In this document: in pieces, positions 10,882-19,822 of the stretch
Layout of the letters: every line of letters begins with the position of its first letter
How positions within the stretch are numbered: position 1 is the stretch's first letter
NCBI GenBank assembly: GCA_963801355.1
Contig: CAWDEM010000004.1
Span: 160,001-224,000, forward strand
Direction: 5' to 3'
Source: Ignavibacteriota bacterium
Lineage (GTDB): Bacteria; Bacteroidota; Ignavibacteria; UBA10030; UBA6906
DNA: 64,000 nt
Translations under genes and position numbers: made by a program
The notes under the pieces: model-generated
The model's input: the letters and a program-made list of their open reading frames with translations, nothing else
Database searches by the model: none
What the model was told of the DNA's origin: nothing

Positions 10882-12762
10882 ATGTTTCACGTGGAACATC
10901 GATATGATGTCGTTGTGGTCGGAGGCGGACATGCCGGAATAGAGGCATCGCTCGCCGCGGCCAGGATGGGGTGCTCCACAGGTTTGATTACAATGCAGAA
11001 GCAGGCAATCGGCAGGATGTCATGTAATCCGGCCATCGGCGGTACCGCCAAAGGCCACCTCGTCAGGGAAATTGATGCTCTGGGAGGCGAAATGGGCAAA
11101 ATCGCCGACGCCACAGGCATCCACTTCCGTATGCTCAATACGTCGAAAGGCCCTGCGGTCTGGTCGCCTCGCTCTCAGAACGACCGGGAATGGTACGGCA
11201 GGGAAGCTCTCCGCCGCATCGAAATGCAGGATGGGATTGACATCATAGAGGACACAGTAAGTGATCTTGAGATAGAAGACGGTTCTGTGCGCGGCGTAAT
11301 AACCGGGACCGGCCTCAAGATAGGCTGTGCCACACTCGTACTCTGCAGCGGCACATTCCTCAACGCAATTATGCATACTGGAACTTCCAGGTCGGAAGGG
11401 GGGAGGTTCCAGGAGAAATCTTCCAACGGACTGACCGAACGACTCATGAAAGCCGGCCTGGTTTCCGGCCGACTTAAAACAGGTACCCCACCCCGCCTGC
11501 GAAGGGATTCTATCGACTACCAGGAGACGGAGATGCAACAGGGTGACGAGGATCCTACCCCGTTTTCGTTTCAAAACAACAAGATTACAAACCGTCAGAT
11601 CCCGATGTACCTTACTTATACGAACAGCCTGACACACGACTTACTCAGGACCGGCTTCAATGAGTCGCCTCTCTTCACAGGAAGGATCAAGGGTATCGGT
11701 CCGCGATACTGCCCGTCGATTGAGGACAAGATCAATCGCTTTGCGGACAGGGATCGCCACCAGATATTTCTCGAACCCGAGGGATATGAATCGGATGTCG
11801 TCTACGTAAATGGCTTCTCTTCCAGCCTTCCCGCAGCCGTTCAGGAGATTGCACTCAAGAGCATACCGGGGCTTTCTCACTCCGTTATGGTCCGCCCGGG
11901 ATATGCGGTCGAGTATGACTACTTCCCGCCATACCAGGTGCGCCATACACTCGAAACGAAGAAAGTGAATGGACTCTACTTTGCGGGGCAGATCAACGGG
12001 ACAAGCGGGTATGAAGAGGCCGCGGCACAGGGGCTGGTCGCAGGCATCAATGCGGCCCTGTCAGTCCAGGGGAAAGAGCCGTTCATTGTCGGCAGGAGCG
12101 AGGCATACATCGGAGTGCTGGTTGATGATCTGATAAACAAATCGACAGAAGAACCATACCGCATGTTTACATCGCGGGCAGAATACCGGCTTGCCTTGCG
12201 TCAGGACAATGCCGATTCCAGGCTTATGAGACGCGGATATGCCTTAGGGCTCATCCCGCAAGAGGCAATAGCTCGATTGGACGAGAAAGAGCTGAGCGTC
12301 ACTGCCGCCCGTGAGTACCTCCTTCGCGAGCGATTGTCAAAGAGCGAAATCCAGACTATTCTGGGAAGCGAAAATGGAGCCACGGTTCCAGAATCGGAGT
12401 CGCTGAACCAGATCCTGAGAAGACCTGGTGTAACACTGGAAAAAGTTCTCCGCGTGAGCAGACTGAAGGACAGTCATGTGGTCCAGCGGCTCATGGCTGA
12501 CCGGGACGCCGCCAGACGCCTCGAGATCGAAGTCAAATATGAAGGTTATCTGAAGCGCCAGGATGAGCAGATCGAGCTTTTCAGGAAGAATGAGTCATTG
12601 ACTATTCCCGAGAACTTCGACTATGCTGCCATCAAGTCGCTGAGCAACGAGGGAAGAGAGAAACTAACGAAAATCCGCCCACGGTCAATCGGACAGGCAA
12701 TGAGGATCAGTGGTGTAAGCCCTGCCGACGCGACTATCCTGATGATTGGCATCATGAGGTAG
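10882..12762 (+). CDS. mnmG: tRNA uridine 5-carboxymethylaminomethyl modification enzyme MnmG (GidA)
   Basis: [53 protein letters not shown]. Confidence 0.99.
   Translation: MFHVEHRYDVVVVGGGHAGIEASLAAARMGCSTGLITMQKQAIGRMSCNPAIGGTAKGHLVREIDALGGEMGKIADATGIHFRMLNTSKGPAVWSPRSQNDREWYGREALRRIEMQDGIDIIEDTVSDLEIEDGSVRGVITGTGLKIGCATLVLCSGTFLNAIMHTGTSRSEGGRFQEKSSNGLTERLMKAGLVSGRLKTGTPPRLRRDSIDYQETEMQQGDEDPTPFSFQNNKITNRQIPMYLTYTNSLTHDLLRTGFNESPLFTGRIKGIGPRYCPSIEDKINRFADRDRHQIFLEPEGYESDVVYVNGFSSSLPAAVQEIALKSIPGLSHSVMVRPGYAVEYDYFPPYQVRHTLETKKVNGLYFAGQINGTSGYEEAAAQGLVAGINAALSVQGKEPFIVGRSEAYIGVLVDDLINKSTEEPYRMFTSRAEYRLALRQDNADSRLMRRGYALGLIPQEAIARLDEKELSVTAAREYLLRERLSKSEIQTILGSENGATVPESESLNQILRRPGVTLEKVLRVSRLKDSHVVQRLMADRDAARRLEIEVKYEGYLKRQDEQIELFRKNESLTIPENFDYAAIKSLSNEGREKLTKIRPRSIGQAMRISGVSPADATILMIGIMR
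10883..10898. promoter_or_regulatory. parS centromere-like site
   Basis: TGTTTCACGTGGAACA matches the 16-bp bacterial parS consensus; origin-proximal. Confidence 0.9.
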
Positions 12763-13517
12763 TGTTCCACGTGGAACAATCTATACTTTTTAACAATATT
12801 TGTAGGACAAACGGGCTGAACCTTTCACGGGAGCAGGTGGATCTCTTTGAGAGGTACGCCGGACTGCTTCTGGAGTGGAATGCCAAATTGAACCTGATTT
12901 CGCGGAAAGATCAGGAAAACCTCTGGGAAAGCCACCTGCTCCACAGCGTAGCCATATTATTTGGCCGGAGAGTTCCGGAAGAAATCAGAGTTCTGGATGT
13001 AGGCAGTGGTGGCGGTCTGCCCGGAATTCCTCTGGCGATCGTGAAACCGGGATGGAGCGTAACGCTTCTGGACTCGATAGGCAAGAAGACCAATGCGCTC
13101 CAGGACATTGTCGGTCGACTTGGCACAGGGAGGATCGAAGTAGTAAACGGGAGGGTTGAAGAGAGTGCTATTATTGCAGGGCGTCGCGGCAAGTACGATC
13201 TGGTGGTAGCGCGTGGCGTGGCGCCATTGGCTCAACTTGCGAAATGGTCCCGGCCGTATCTTACGAAGAAGACCGAAGTTACGAAGGAGAAGCATGAAGT
13301 TACAGATGAGAAGAATGAAGTTACTCGTGAAGGGCCGGGGAAGTTCCTACCTGTGCCGTCAATGGTGGCGTACAAAGGGGGGGATCTGGAGGAAGAGTTA
13401 AAGGAGTTACGCATAAAGGTTCACGGCACGGTTCAGCGGGTTGACCATCTGGTGTTCCCGGGGAGTGCCGAAGCCGGGTTGGAAGGAAAGAAGCTTGTGG
13501 TACTGCAGTTCACCTGA
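12762..13517 (+). CDS. rsmG: 16S rRNA m7G527 methyltransferase RsmG (GidB)
   Basis: WNAKLNLIS, HLLHS, LDVGSGGGLPGIPLAI, LLDSIGKK; follows mnmG. Confidence 0.96.
   Translation: MFHVEQSILFNNICRTNGLNLSREQVDLFERYAGLLLEWNAKLNLISRKDQENLWESHLLHSVAILFGRRVPEEIRVLDVGSGGGLPGIPLAIVKPGWSVTLLDSIGKKTNALQDIVGRLGTGRIEVVNGRVEESAIIAGRRGKYDLVVARGVAPLAQLAKWSRPYLTKKTEVTKEKHEVTDEKNEVTREGPGKFLPVPSMVAYKGGDLEEELKELRIKVHGTVQRVDHLVFPGSAEAGLEGKKLVVLQFT
12763..12778. promoter_or_regulatory. parS centromere-like site
   Basis: Perfect palindrome TGTTCCACGTGGAACA. Confidence 0.92.
13275..13332 (+). repeat. About 3 x 21-bp tandem repeat inside rsmG
   Basis: GAAGTTACGAAGGAGAAGCAT/GAAGTTACAGATGAGAAGAAT/GAAGTTACTCGTGAAG (EVTKEKH-EVTDEKN-EVTRE). 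Confidence 0.8.
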
Positions 13518-13544
13518 TCATTCACTCTATAGCCGTTATTGCAT

Positions 13545-14471
13545 ATGCCCCATGAACTTCTGAACACCCTGTCAAAACTGCTGACCGAGCAGCGCAATCC
13601 CGCGTCGATGAATCTCGACTGCATGTCCACCGAGGAAATCCTCCGCCTGCTCAACTCCCAGGATAAGCTTGTGCCGCTCGCAGTGGAAAAAGAGATTCCC
13701 TATATCATGCAGGCCGTCGAGCTCATCGTGAACTCATTCCGCCGCGGCGGTCGCCTGCTCTATTTTGGAGCGGGTACAAGCGGACGCCTGGGCGTCGTGG
13801 ATGCATCGGAATGCCCGCCGACATTCGGTACACCTCCGGAACAGGTTGTGGGTGTGATCGCCGGCGGCCATGCCGCAATGTTCAAGTCGCAGGAAGGCGC
13901 GGAAGACAACGAGTTACAGGGCCGGAAAGACGTTGATGCGCACAACGTGACTTCGCTGGATACGATCTGCGGCATTGCCGCCAGCCGGCGCACGCCGTAC
14001 GTGGTTGCGGCTGTCGCCCGCGCCCGGGAGCTGGGGGCGAATACTATCTACGTGACGACAAACCCGCGGGCGGATTTCGACCTCGACGTGGATGTGGCGA
14101 TCTGTCCTGAAGTCGGGCCTGAAGTCCTGATGGGCTCAACACGCATGAAGTCCGGAACAGCACAAAAGCTCGTGCTCAATATGCTCACCACAACCGCCAT
14201 GGTGAAACTCGGGAAAGTCTATGAAAACATGATGGTGGATCTGCAGCTGACCAACAAAAAACTGGTGGAGCGGTCGCGGCGCATTGTGATGATGGCAACC
14301 GGCGTGGAATATGAGGCCGCCGCAGAATACCTGAGGCGTGCGGGAGGACACGTGAAAAGCGCGATCGTCATGATCAAGACCGGAGTGGATTTTGCCGAAG
14401 CGCAGGCGCGCATCGCCGCTGCAGACGGATTTGTCCGCCGGGCTACGGGCGAAGGAGAGCAGACGCGCTGA
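13545..14471 (+). CDS. murQ: N-acetylmuramic acid 6-phosphate etherase
   Basis: TEQRNP, GAGTSGRLGVVDASECPPTFG, GPEVLMGSTRMKSGTAQKLVLNM. Confidence 0.97.
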   Translation: MPHELLNTLSKLLTEQRNPASMNLDCMSTEEILRLLNSQDKLVPLAVEKEIPYIMQAVELIVNSFRRGGRLLYFGAGTSGRLGVVDASECPPTFGTPPEQVVGVIAGGHAAMFKSQEGAEDNELQGRKDVDAHNVTSLDTICGIAASRRTPYVVAAVARARELGANTIYVTTNPRADFDLDVDVAICPEVGPEVLMGSTRMKSGTAQKLVLNMLTTTAMVKLGKVYENMMVDLQLTNKKLVERSRRIVMMATGVEYEAAAEYLRRAGGHVKSAIVMIKTGVDFAEAQARIAAADGFVRRATGEGEQTR

Positions 14472-14482
14472 ATGCGGGGAAC

Positions 14483-17400
14483 ATGATGGCAGAGGTACTC
14501 AGAACAGAACTTGACAACAGTCCGCTCATCCACACACTGGCCGACAGGCTCCGCGCAACGCAACCGGGCGACGTGGTGCTGGTCACCGGTGTCGCCGGTT
14601 CACTGACCGCGCTGCTGGTTGCATCGCTGCACGCGGCTTTGGAGCGGCAGGTGGTGCTGGTGATGCCCGAAAAGGACCAGGCCTTGCGTGCGGCGGATGA
14701 TGTGATGCTGGCGTGGGGCGAGGGGGGCGTGCGTCTTTTTCTGGGGCGTGAGGATCATGAGGCTCTGCTGAGCGGGCGCAGCCGCGAGAGCAACGACGTA
14801 CAGACGCTGCGGCTGTTGACCGGGGGGGAAGTGCGTATCCTGGTAACACATGCCGCCGGGCTCGCAGCGCGTCTCCCGCTTCCGGCGGAGGTGCAGCGTG
14901 ATGCGCTTGTACTGACACGCGGCAACGCGGCGGGATTCGAAGCAACAGTGCGGCGTCTGCAGCAGTTCCGTTTTGATCGCGCGGACATTGTTGAGCAACC
15001 CGGCGAATATGCGCTCCGTGGAGGCATTATTGATGTATTTCCCTTCGTAGGTGAGAACCCTCTCCGCATAGAGTTTTTCGGTGACACGGTGGAATCGCTG
15101 CGCGAGTTCGACGTGACGTCCCAGCGTTCCATCCGTCCGCTGGATGCGGCGGTGATTGTGCCGGACCTCCTGGCGGCGGAGCCCGGGGGCGAGGGCGGGA
15201 TCCGGGGCGACACGACCCTGGTGGACTATATCTCTGATATAGCCGTTATTGTAATTACGGAGCCGCACGAGTGCGCTGATATCTGGCAAGGTCTCGTCGC
15301 GGCGGGACGGACCGACGTCGTTCACCCCGAACGGCTTGAAGAAGTGCTGGCGCTGTTTCCCCGCATACATGTGGCCTCCCTGCCCGAACGTCCCGCCGAC
15401 CTGGATATCGGTGCACGCCACCAACCAGCGTTCAACGGCAGCGTGCAGATGCTGGTGCGCGATCTGGCGGAACGCCAGACCGGCGGGTATCGCACGCTTG
15501 TGACCTGTGAGACCGGCCCGGAGCGGGACCGCATTCAGGAACTCATCGGCACGGCGATCGCTGCGCTGGATGAAGCGGAGCGACCCGATCCCGCGCGCGT
15601 CGAGTACCTGCTGGAACCGCTCCATGAAGGATTTCTCCTCCCATCCCTCCGCCTGGCACTGTACGCCGAACACCAGATCTTCGGCCGCGTCAAACGCCAC
15701 CGCCACCGGCGCAAGGGCCGGTTCAAGGGCATTACCGAGACCGAAATGCAGCAGCTGCGCAAAGGCGACTATGTCGTGCACGAGGATTTCGGCATCGGGC
15801 GTTTTGCCGGACTCAAGACCATCCAGGTACGTGATGTGCATCTGGAGGTCGCATCCGTGGTGTATGAGGACGATGATGTTCTGTACGTCAACATCAGTTA
15901 CCTGAACAAGCTGCAGAAGTACTCCTCGAAAGACGGACACGTCCCCAAAGTGCACCGGCTTGGCAGCGGCGAATGGGAAAAACTGAAAGCCCGCACGAAG
16001 AAACGGGTGAAAGACATCGCCCGTGATCTCATACGCCTCTATGCGCGCCGCAAACACATTGAAGGGTTTTCCTTTCCTGCGGACACGCCCTGGCAGAAAG
16101 AGCTTGAAGCTTCGTTCGCGTACGAGGATACTTTTGATCAGGCGAAAGCCACCATGGACGTCAAACGTGACATGGAAAACGGCGCGCCGATGGACCGGCT
16201 GATCTGCGGGGATGTGGGCTTCGGCAAGACGGAAGTTGCCGTGCGTGCGGCGTTCAAAGCGGTGATGGCGGGCAAGCAGATGGCGATGCTGGTGCCGACC
16301 ACGATCCTCGCGCTGCAACATGTGAATACGTTTCGCGACCGCATGGGGCGGTACGGTACCGCTATCGAGGTACTCTCGCGCTTTCGCGCCCGGAAGGATC
16401 AGGAGACCGTTCTCTCGGGTCTGGCCGAAGGAAGGGTGGATGTCCTGATCGGCACGCACCGCATCCTGTCAAAGGATGTGACATTCAAGGACCTCGGTCT
16501 CCTCGTGATCGATGAGGAACATCGCTTTGGTGTCGCCGCAAAGGAGAAGCTCCGGCAGATGCGGACGCAGGTGGACACGCTCTCGTTGACCGCCACGCCG
16601 ATTCCACGGACGCTCCATTTCTCGCTTCTCGGTGCGCGGGATCTCTCGATCATCGCCACGCCGCCGCGGAACCGCCTGCCGATCATCACGGAGCTGGTGC
16701 AGTGGAATGACGAGACCATCACCGACGCGGTGCGACGGGAAATCCGCCGCGGCGGCCAGGTGTACGTCGTGCACGACCGCGTGCAGACGATTGCCGATCT
16801 CACGGCGCGCCTGCAACAGCTTCTCCCCGGCGTGCGGATGCGTTGCGCACACGGCCAGATGCATGCGCACGAACTGGAAGAAGTGATGCTTGCCTTTCTG
16901 GAGAGGAGGGTGGATTTGCTGGTCTCGACCAAGATCATCGAGTCGGGCCTGGATATTCCGAACGTCAACACTATTATCATCAACCGGGCGGACCGGTTCG
17001 GCATGGCGGAGCTCTACCAGTTGCGCGGCCGGGTCGGGCGATCCAATGTCCAGGCGTATGCCTACCTCATCATCCCTCCCCTGTCGGTGATGGGCAGAAC
17101 CACCGTGCAGCGCCTGCAGGCGTTGCAGGAGTTCAACGAGCTCGGATCGGGATTTAACCTGGCGATGCGGGATCTGGAAATCCGCGGGGCGGGCAACATG
17201 CTGGGCAGCGAACAAAGCGGCTTCATCGAGGCGATGGGGTTCGAGACGTACACCCGCATTCTAGATGAAGCGGTGCGCGAGGTGAAGGAGGAAGAATTCC
17301 GCGATCTCTTTCCCGAGATCGCAGACCAGGTCCCCGCGCGCAGCGTTGTTGTGGAGGCGGATCTCGAGGCGCTCATCCCGGAGAGTTACGTGGCAAGCGA

Positions 17401-17812
17401 AAGGGAGCGTCTGCGCATCTACCGCCGGCTGCATGCCGTCAGCACGCCCGAGCAGCTGGAGGAGGTGGGCCAGGAATTGAGCGATCGGTTCGGGAGATTG
17501 CCCGATCCGGTGGAGACGCTTCTGGGGCTCATACGCATCAAGCTGGCTGCTGCGCGCCTGCAACTGCCGAAAGTGCATGTAGGCCGGGAAACCCTCCAGC
17601 TCTCCTTCCCGCCGGAATCAGCCACCGCGTTTTACGATGCACCGGAATTTCAGCAAATGATGAACGTGATTGGGCGCATGAGGGGTGCCGGCGTGCAGCT
17701 GCAGCAGACCGCCGATCAACTCAACGCCCTGTTTCCGCTGGGCGCGCAGAAGCCCGACGAGCAGATTATTGCCCGCGCACTGGAGTACCTGAAGGCCATC
17801 TCGAGCAACTGA
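14483..17812 (+). CDS. mfd: Transcription-repair coupling factor Mfd
   Basis: UvrB-like N-terminus (RGGIIDVFP), CarD-like domain (GDYVVHEDFGIG), GDVGFGKTEV, IDEEHRFG, QLRGRVGR, DLEIRGAG. Confidence 0.98.
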   Translation: MMAEVLRTELDNSPLIHTLADRLRATQPGDVVLVTGVAGSLTALLVASLHAALERQVVLVMPEKDQALRAADDVMLAWGEGGVRLFLGREDHEALLSGRSRESNDVQTLRLLTGGEVRILVTHAAGLAARLPLPAEVQRDALVLTRGNAAGFEATVRRLQQFRFDRADIVEQPGEYALRGGIIDVFPFVGENPLRIEFFGDTVESLREFDVTSQRSIRPLDAAVIVPDLLAAEPGGEGGIRGDTTLVDYISDIAVIVITEPHECADIWQGLVAAGRTDVVHPERLEEVLALFPRIHVASLPERPADLDIGARHQPAFNGSVQMLVRDLAERQTGGYRTLVTCETGPERDRIQELIGTAIAALDEAERPDPARVEYLLEPLHEGFLLPSLRLALYAEHQIFGRVKRHRHRRKGRFKGITETEMQQLRKGDYVVHEDFGIGRFAGLKTIQVRDVHLEVASVVYEDDDVLYVNISYLNKLQKYSSKDGHVPKVHRLGSGEWEKLKARTKKRVKDIARDLIRLYARRKHIEGFSFPADTPWQKELEASFAYEDTFDQAKATMDVKRDMENGAPMDRLICGDVGFGKTEVAVRAAFKAVMAGKQMAMLVPTTILALQHVNTFRDRMGRYGTAIEVLSRFRARKDQETVLSGLAEGRVDVLIGTHRILSKDVTFKDLGLLVIDEEHRFGVAAKEKLRQMRTQVDTLSLTATPIPRTLHFSLLGARDLSIIATPPRNRLPIITELVQWNDETITDAVRREIRRGGQVYVVHDRVQTIADLTARLQQLLPGVRMRCAHGQMHAHELEEVMLAFLERRVDLLVSTKIIESGLDIPNVNTIIINRADRFGMAELYQLRGRVGRSNVQAYAYLIIPPLSVMGRTTVQRLQALQEFNELGSGFNLAMRDLEIRGAGNMLGSEQSGFIEAMGFETYTRILDEAVREVKEEEFRDLFPEIADQVPARSVVVEADLEALIPESYVASERERLRIYRRLHAVSTPEQLEEVGQELSDRFGRLPDPVETLLGLIRIKLAAARLQLPKVHVGRETLQLSFPPESATAFYDAPEFQQMMNVIGRMRGAGVQLQQTADQLNALFPLGAQKPDEQIIARALEYLKAISSN

Positions 17813-17822
17813 GGGGGGAGTC

Positions 17823-17974
17823 GTGGGGAATTTTTCTCCCCACTCCACATTTTTCCCTCCCCACTTCCCGCCGGAATTCCCCCGATTAGCCCGTAATTGC
17901 CATCCTGACTTGACTTTCACAGGTAATTCCCTATCTTATCCGAGTATTGTGGGTAAAAGTGGGTGGCTGGTGGG
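17823..17974. promoter_or_regulatory. dcw promoter with MraZ-type GTGGG repeats
   Basis: TTGACT-N16-TATCTT at 17910-17937; GTGGG at 17949, 17959 and 17970; inverted CCCAC/CCAC at 17839, 17845 and 17860. Confidence 0.7.
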
Positions 17975-17996
17975 TACATATCACTGGAGGTGATGC

Positions 17997-18440
17997 GTGT
18001 CTTCTTTCAAGGGTTCATACAGTTATTCCGTCGACAGCAAGGGACGGATTAACATCCCGGCGAGGTTGCGAAAATATGTCTCGACCGACGCCAATGATAC
18101 CTTTATTGTCACGCGTGGCTACGACCAGTGCTTGTATCTGTACCCTCAGGATGAGTGGACCCGGCTTGAACTTGAAATTCGCCAACTCTCGTCAACCAAT
18201 CCTAAGCACCGATTCTTCATTCGCAGATTGCTCGAATGGGCAACCGAAGCACAGCTCGACGGTCAGTTCCGCATCATGCTTCCGAAAGACCTGCTGCAAT
18301 TTGCCGGGATCGAAAACGACGTGCTGATCATCGGAGTGCTGGAACATATCGAAGTGTGGAATCCCCGGATCTACGAAGCGTACCTGAAGACTCAAGACGA
18401 GTCATACGAAGCCGTAGCGCAAACTGTTCTGCAGAAATAA
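17997..18440 (+). CDS. mraZ: Transcriptional regulator MraZ
   Basis: VDSKGRINIPA, LDGQFRIMLP, IGVLEHIEVW; GGAGGT SD upstream. Confidence 0.97.
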   Translation: MSSFKGSYSYSVDSKGRINIPARLRKYVSTDANDTFIVTRGYDQCLYLYPQDEWTRLELEIRQLSSTNPKHRFFIRRLLEWATEAQLDGQFRIMLPKDLLQFAGIENDVLIIGVLEHIEVWNPRIYEAYLKTQDESYEAVAQTVLQK

Positions 18441-18444
18441 CGGC

Positions 18445-19389
18445 GTGGTTCCTGGAGTGTTTCACATTCCGGTCCTTTGCCGGGAAGCGGTGGAAGCGCT
18501 GATCACGGATGCGGAAGGGTGCTATGTGGACGGCACCGTGGGAGGCGGTGGTCATGCCGAACAGCTGTGTCTCCGGCTTCGCGGCAGAGGCCGCGTCATC
18601 TGTCTGGATGCCGATGCGGAAGCCCTGACGTCTGCACGCACGCGGCTGGCCCCGTTTGCAGAGCGGACGGATTTTCTTCAAACAAATTTTGCGGAGCTCA
18701 CCGACGCGCTCCGGCGCGTGCATGTCACCCGGATACATGGGCTGCTGCTTGATCTCGGTGTGTCATCACATCAGTTCGACATCCCCGAGCGCGGTTTCAG
18801 TTTTCGTGGCGACGAACGCCTGGACATGCGTCTGGACCGGCGTCAACAGGCGACGGCGTGGGATCTGGTGAACGATGCCTCTGAAGGGGCGCTGGCCACA
18901 CTGCTCTGGGAATTCGGCGAAGAGCGGGAGTCCCGGAGAATTGCGCGCTCTATCGTGGCGGCGCGGCCGGTCGACAGCACCGGAGACCTCCGGAGGATCG
19001 TGGAGCGTGCGGTTGGCGGCCGGTACCTGGTAAAATCCCTGGCGCGGGTGTTTCAAGCATTGCGCATCGCGGTGAATCATGAACTCGACAACCTGAGAAG
19101 TGTCCTTGTACAGGCGATCGGGCTGATGGTTCCCGGGGGTCGGCTTGTGGTGATCTCGTACCATTCGCTGGAAGACCGGATCGTCAAAGAGATGTTCCGC
19201 CGTGAAGCGGCATCGGCGGAGGAAAAGGACAATCCCTTTGCCCGCGGACCGGCGGCGGAGGGGCGGCTGCGGCTGGTCACCCGCAAGCCCGTGATTCCAT
19301 CGGAAGAAGAAACAGCACAGAACCCCCGCGCGCGTAGCGCGAAGATGCGGGTGGCGGAACGAACGGATGTGGGAACGGAGCGGACATAA
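18445..19389 (+). CDS. rsmH: 16S rRNA m4C1402 methyltransferase RsmH (MraW)
   Basis: HIPVL, DGTVGGGGH, DLGVSS, RGFSF, SYHSLEDRIVK, NPRARSAK. Confidence 0.97.
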   Translation: MVPGVFHIPVLCREAVEALITDAEGCYVDGTVGGGGHAEQLCLRLRGRGRVICLDADAEALTSARTRLAPFAERTDFLQTNFAELTDALRRVHVTRIHGLLLDLGVSSHQFDIPERGFSFRGDERLDMRLDRRQQATAWDLVNDASEGALATLLWEFGEERESRRIARSIVAARPVDSTGDLRRIVERAVGGRYLVKSLARVFQALRIAVNHELDNLRSVLVQAIGLMVPGGRLVVISYHSLEDRIVKEMFRREAASAEEKDNPFARGPAAEGRLRLVTRKPVIPSEEETAQNPRARSAKMRVAERTDVGTERT

Positions 19390-19822
19390 AAGCAACGCCG
19401 GACGTGTTCCCGAAGTGCACCGGGAACAACGGTACATCTTCAACGGCGAGCCAACTGCGGCGGTGTCGGGATATGCCGTTCGCCAGAACAGACGGACCAT
19501 CCACCGCCGGCTGTCGACGTTCAATATCATCCTCGCGTTGTTTGTGCTCGGCGCCGCCATCGTGTTCTACATCGACAATATTATAATAGTCAACCGGCTG
19601 GTCGTGGATGTGAATGCACTGCAGGTCAAGTATCAGCGGCAGCTCGAGACCAATGCCGCCCTGCAGGCGGAGGTCAATCACAAGGCATCGCTGGAGCGGG
19701 TCGGGAAGATTGCCTCCGAATCGCTTGACATGATGTATCCGCAGGAACAACCGGAGTGGGTGGGCGTGGATCCTGATTTACAGGAGCGCGCGGCACAGAT
19801 CCGCAAGGAGCTTGGAGAATGA
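19367..19822 (+). CDS. ftsL: FtsL-like cell division protein (true start may be GTG 19415)
   Basis: Single TM followed by a coiled coil; between rsmH and ftsI. Confidence 0.7.
   Translation: MWERSGHKSNAGRVPEVHREQRYIFNGEPTAAVSGYAVRQNRRTIHRRLSTFNIILALFVLGAAIVFYIDNIIIVNRLVVDVNALQVKYQRQLETNAALQAEVNHKASLERVGKIASESLDMMYPQEQPEWVGVDPDLQERAAQIRKELGE

Noticed and set aside
9950-13540. Horizontally acquired island suggested by low GC
   Set aside because: Only core genes in canonical order, no mobility genes or att sites, and the shift begins mid-gene; reported instead as a parS-associated compositional anomaly.
14600-16459. 619-aa minus-strand ORF, and similar long antisense ORFs over ftsI, murD, murC, ftsA, ftsZ and the PorV-like gene
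   Set aside because: Mirror frames of GC-rich genes with no recognisable motifs.
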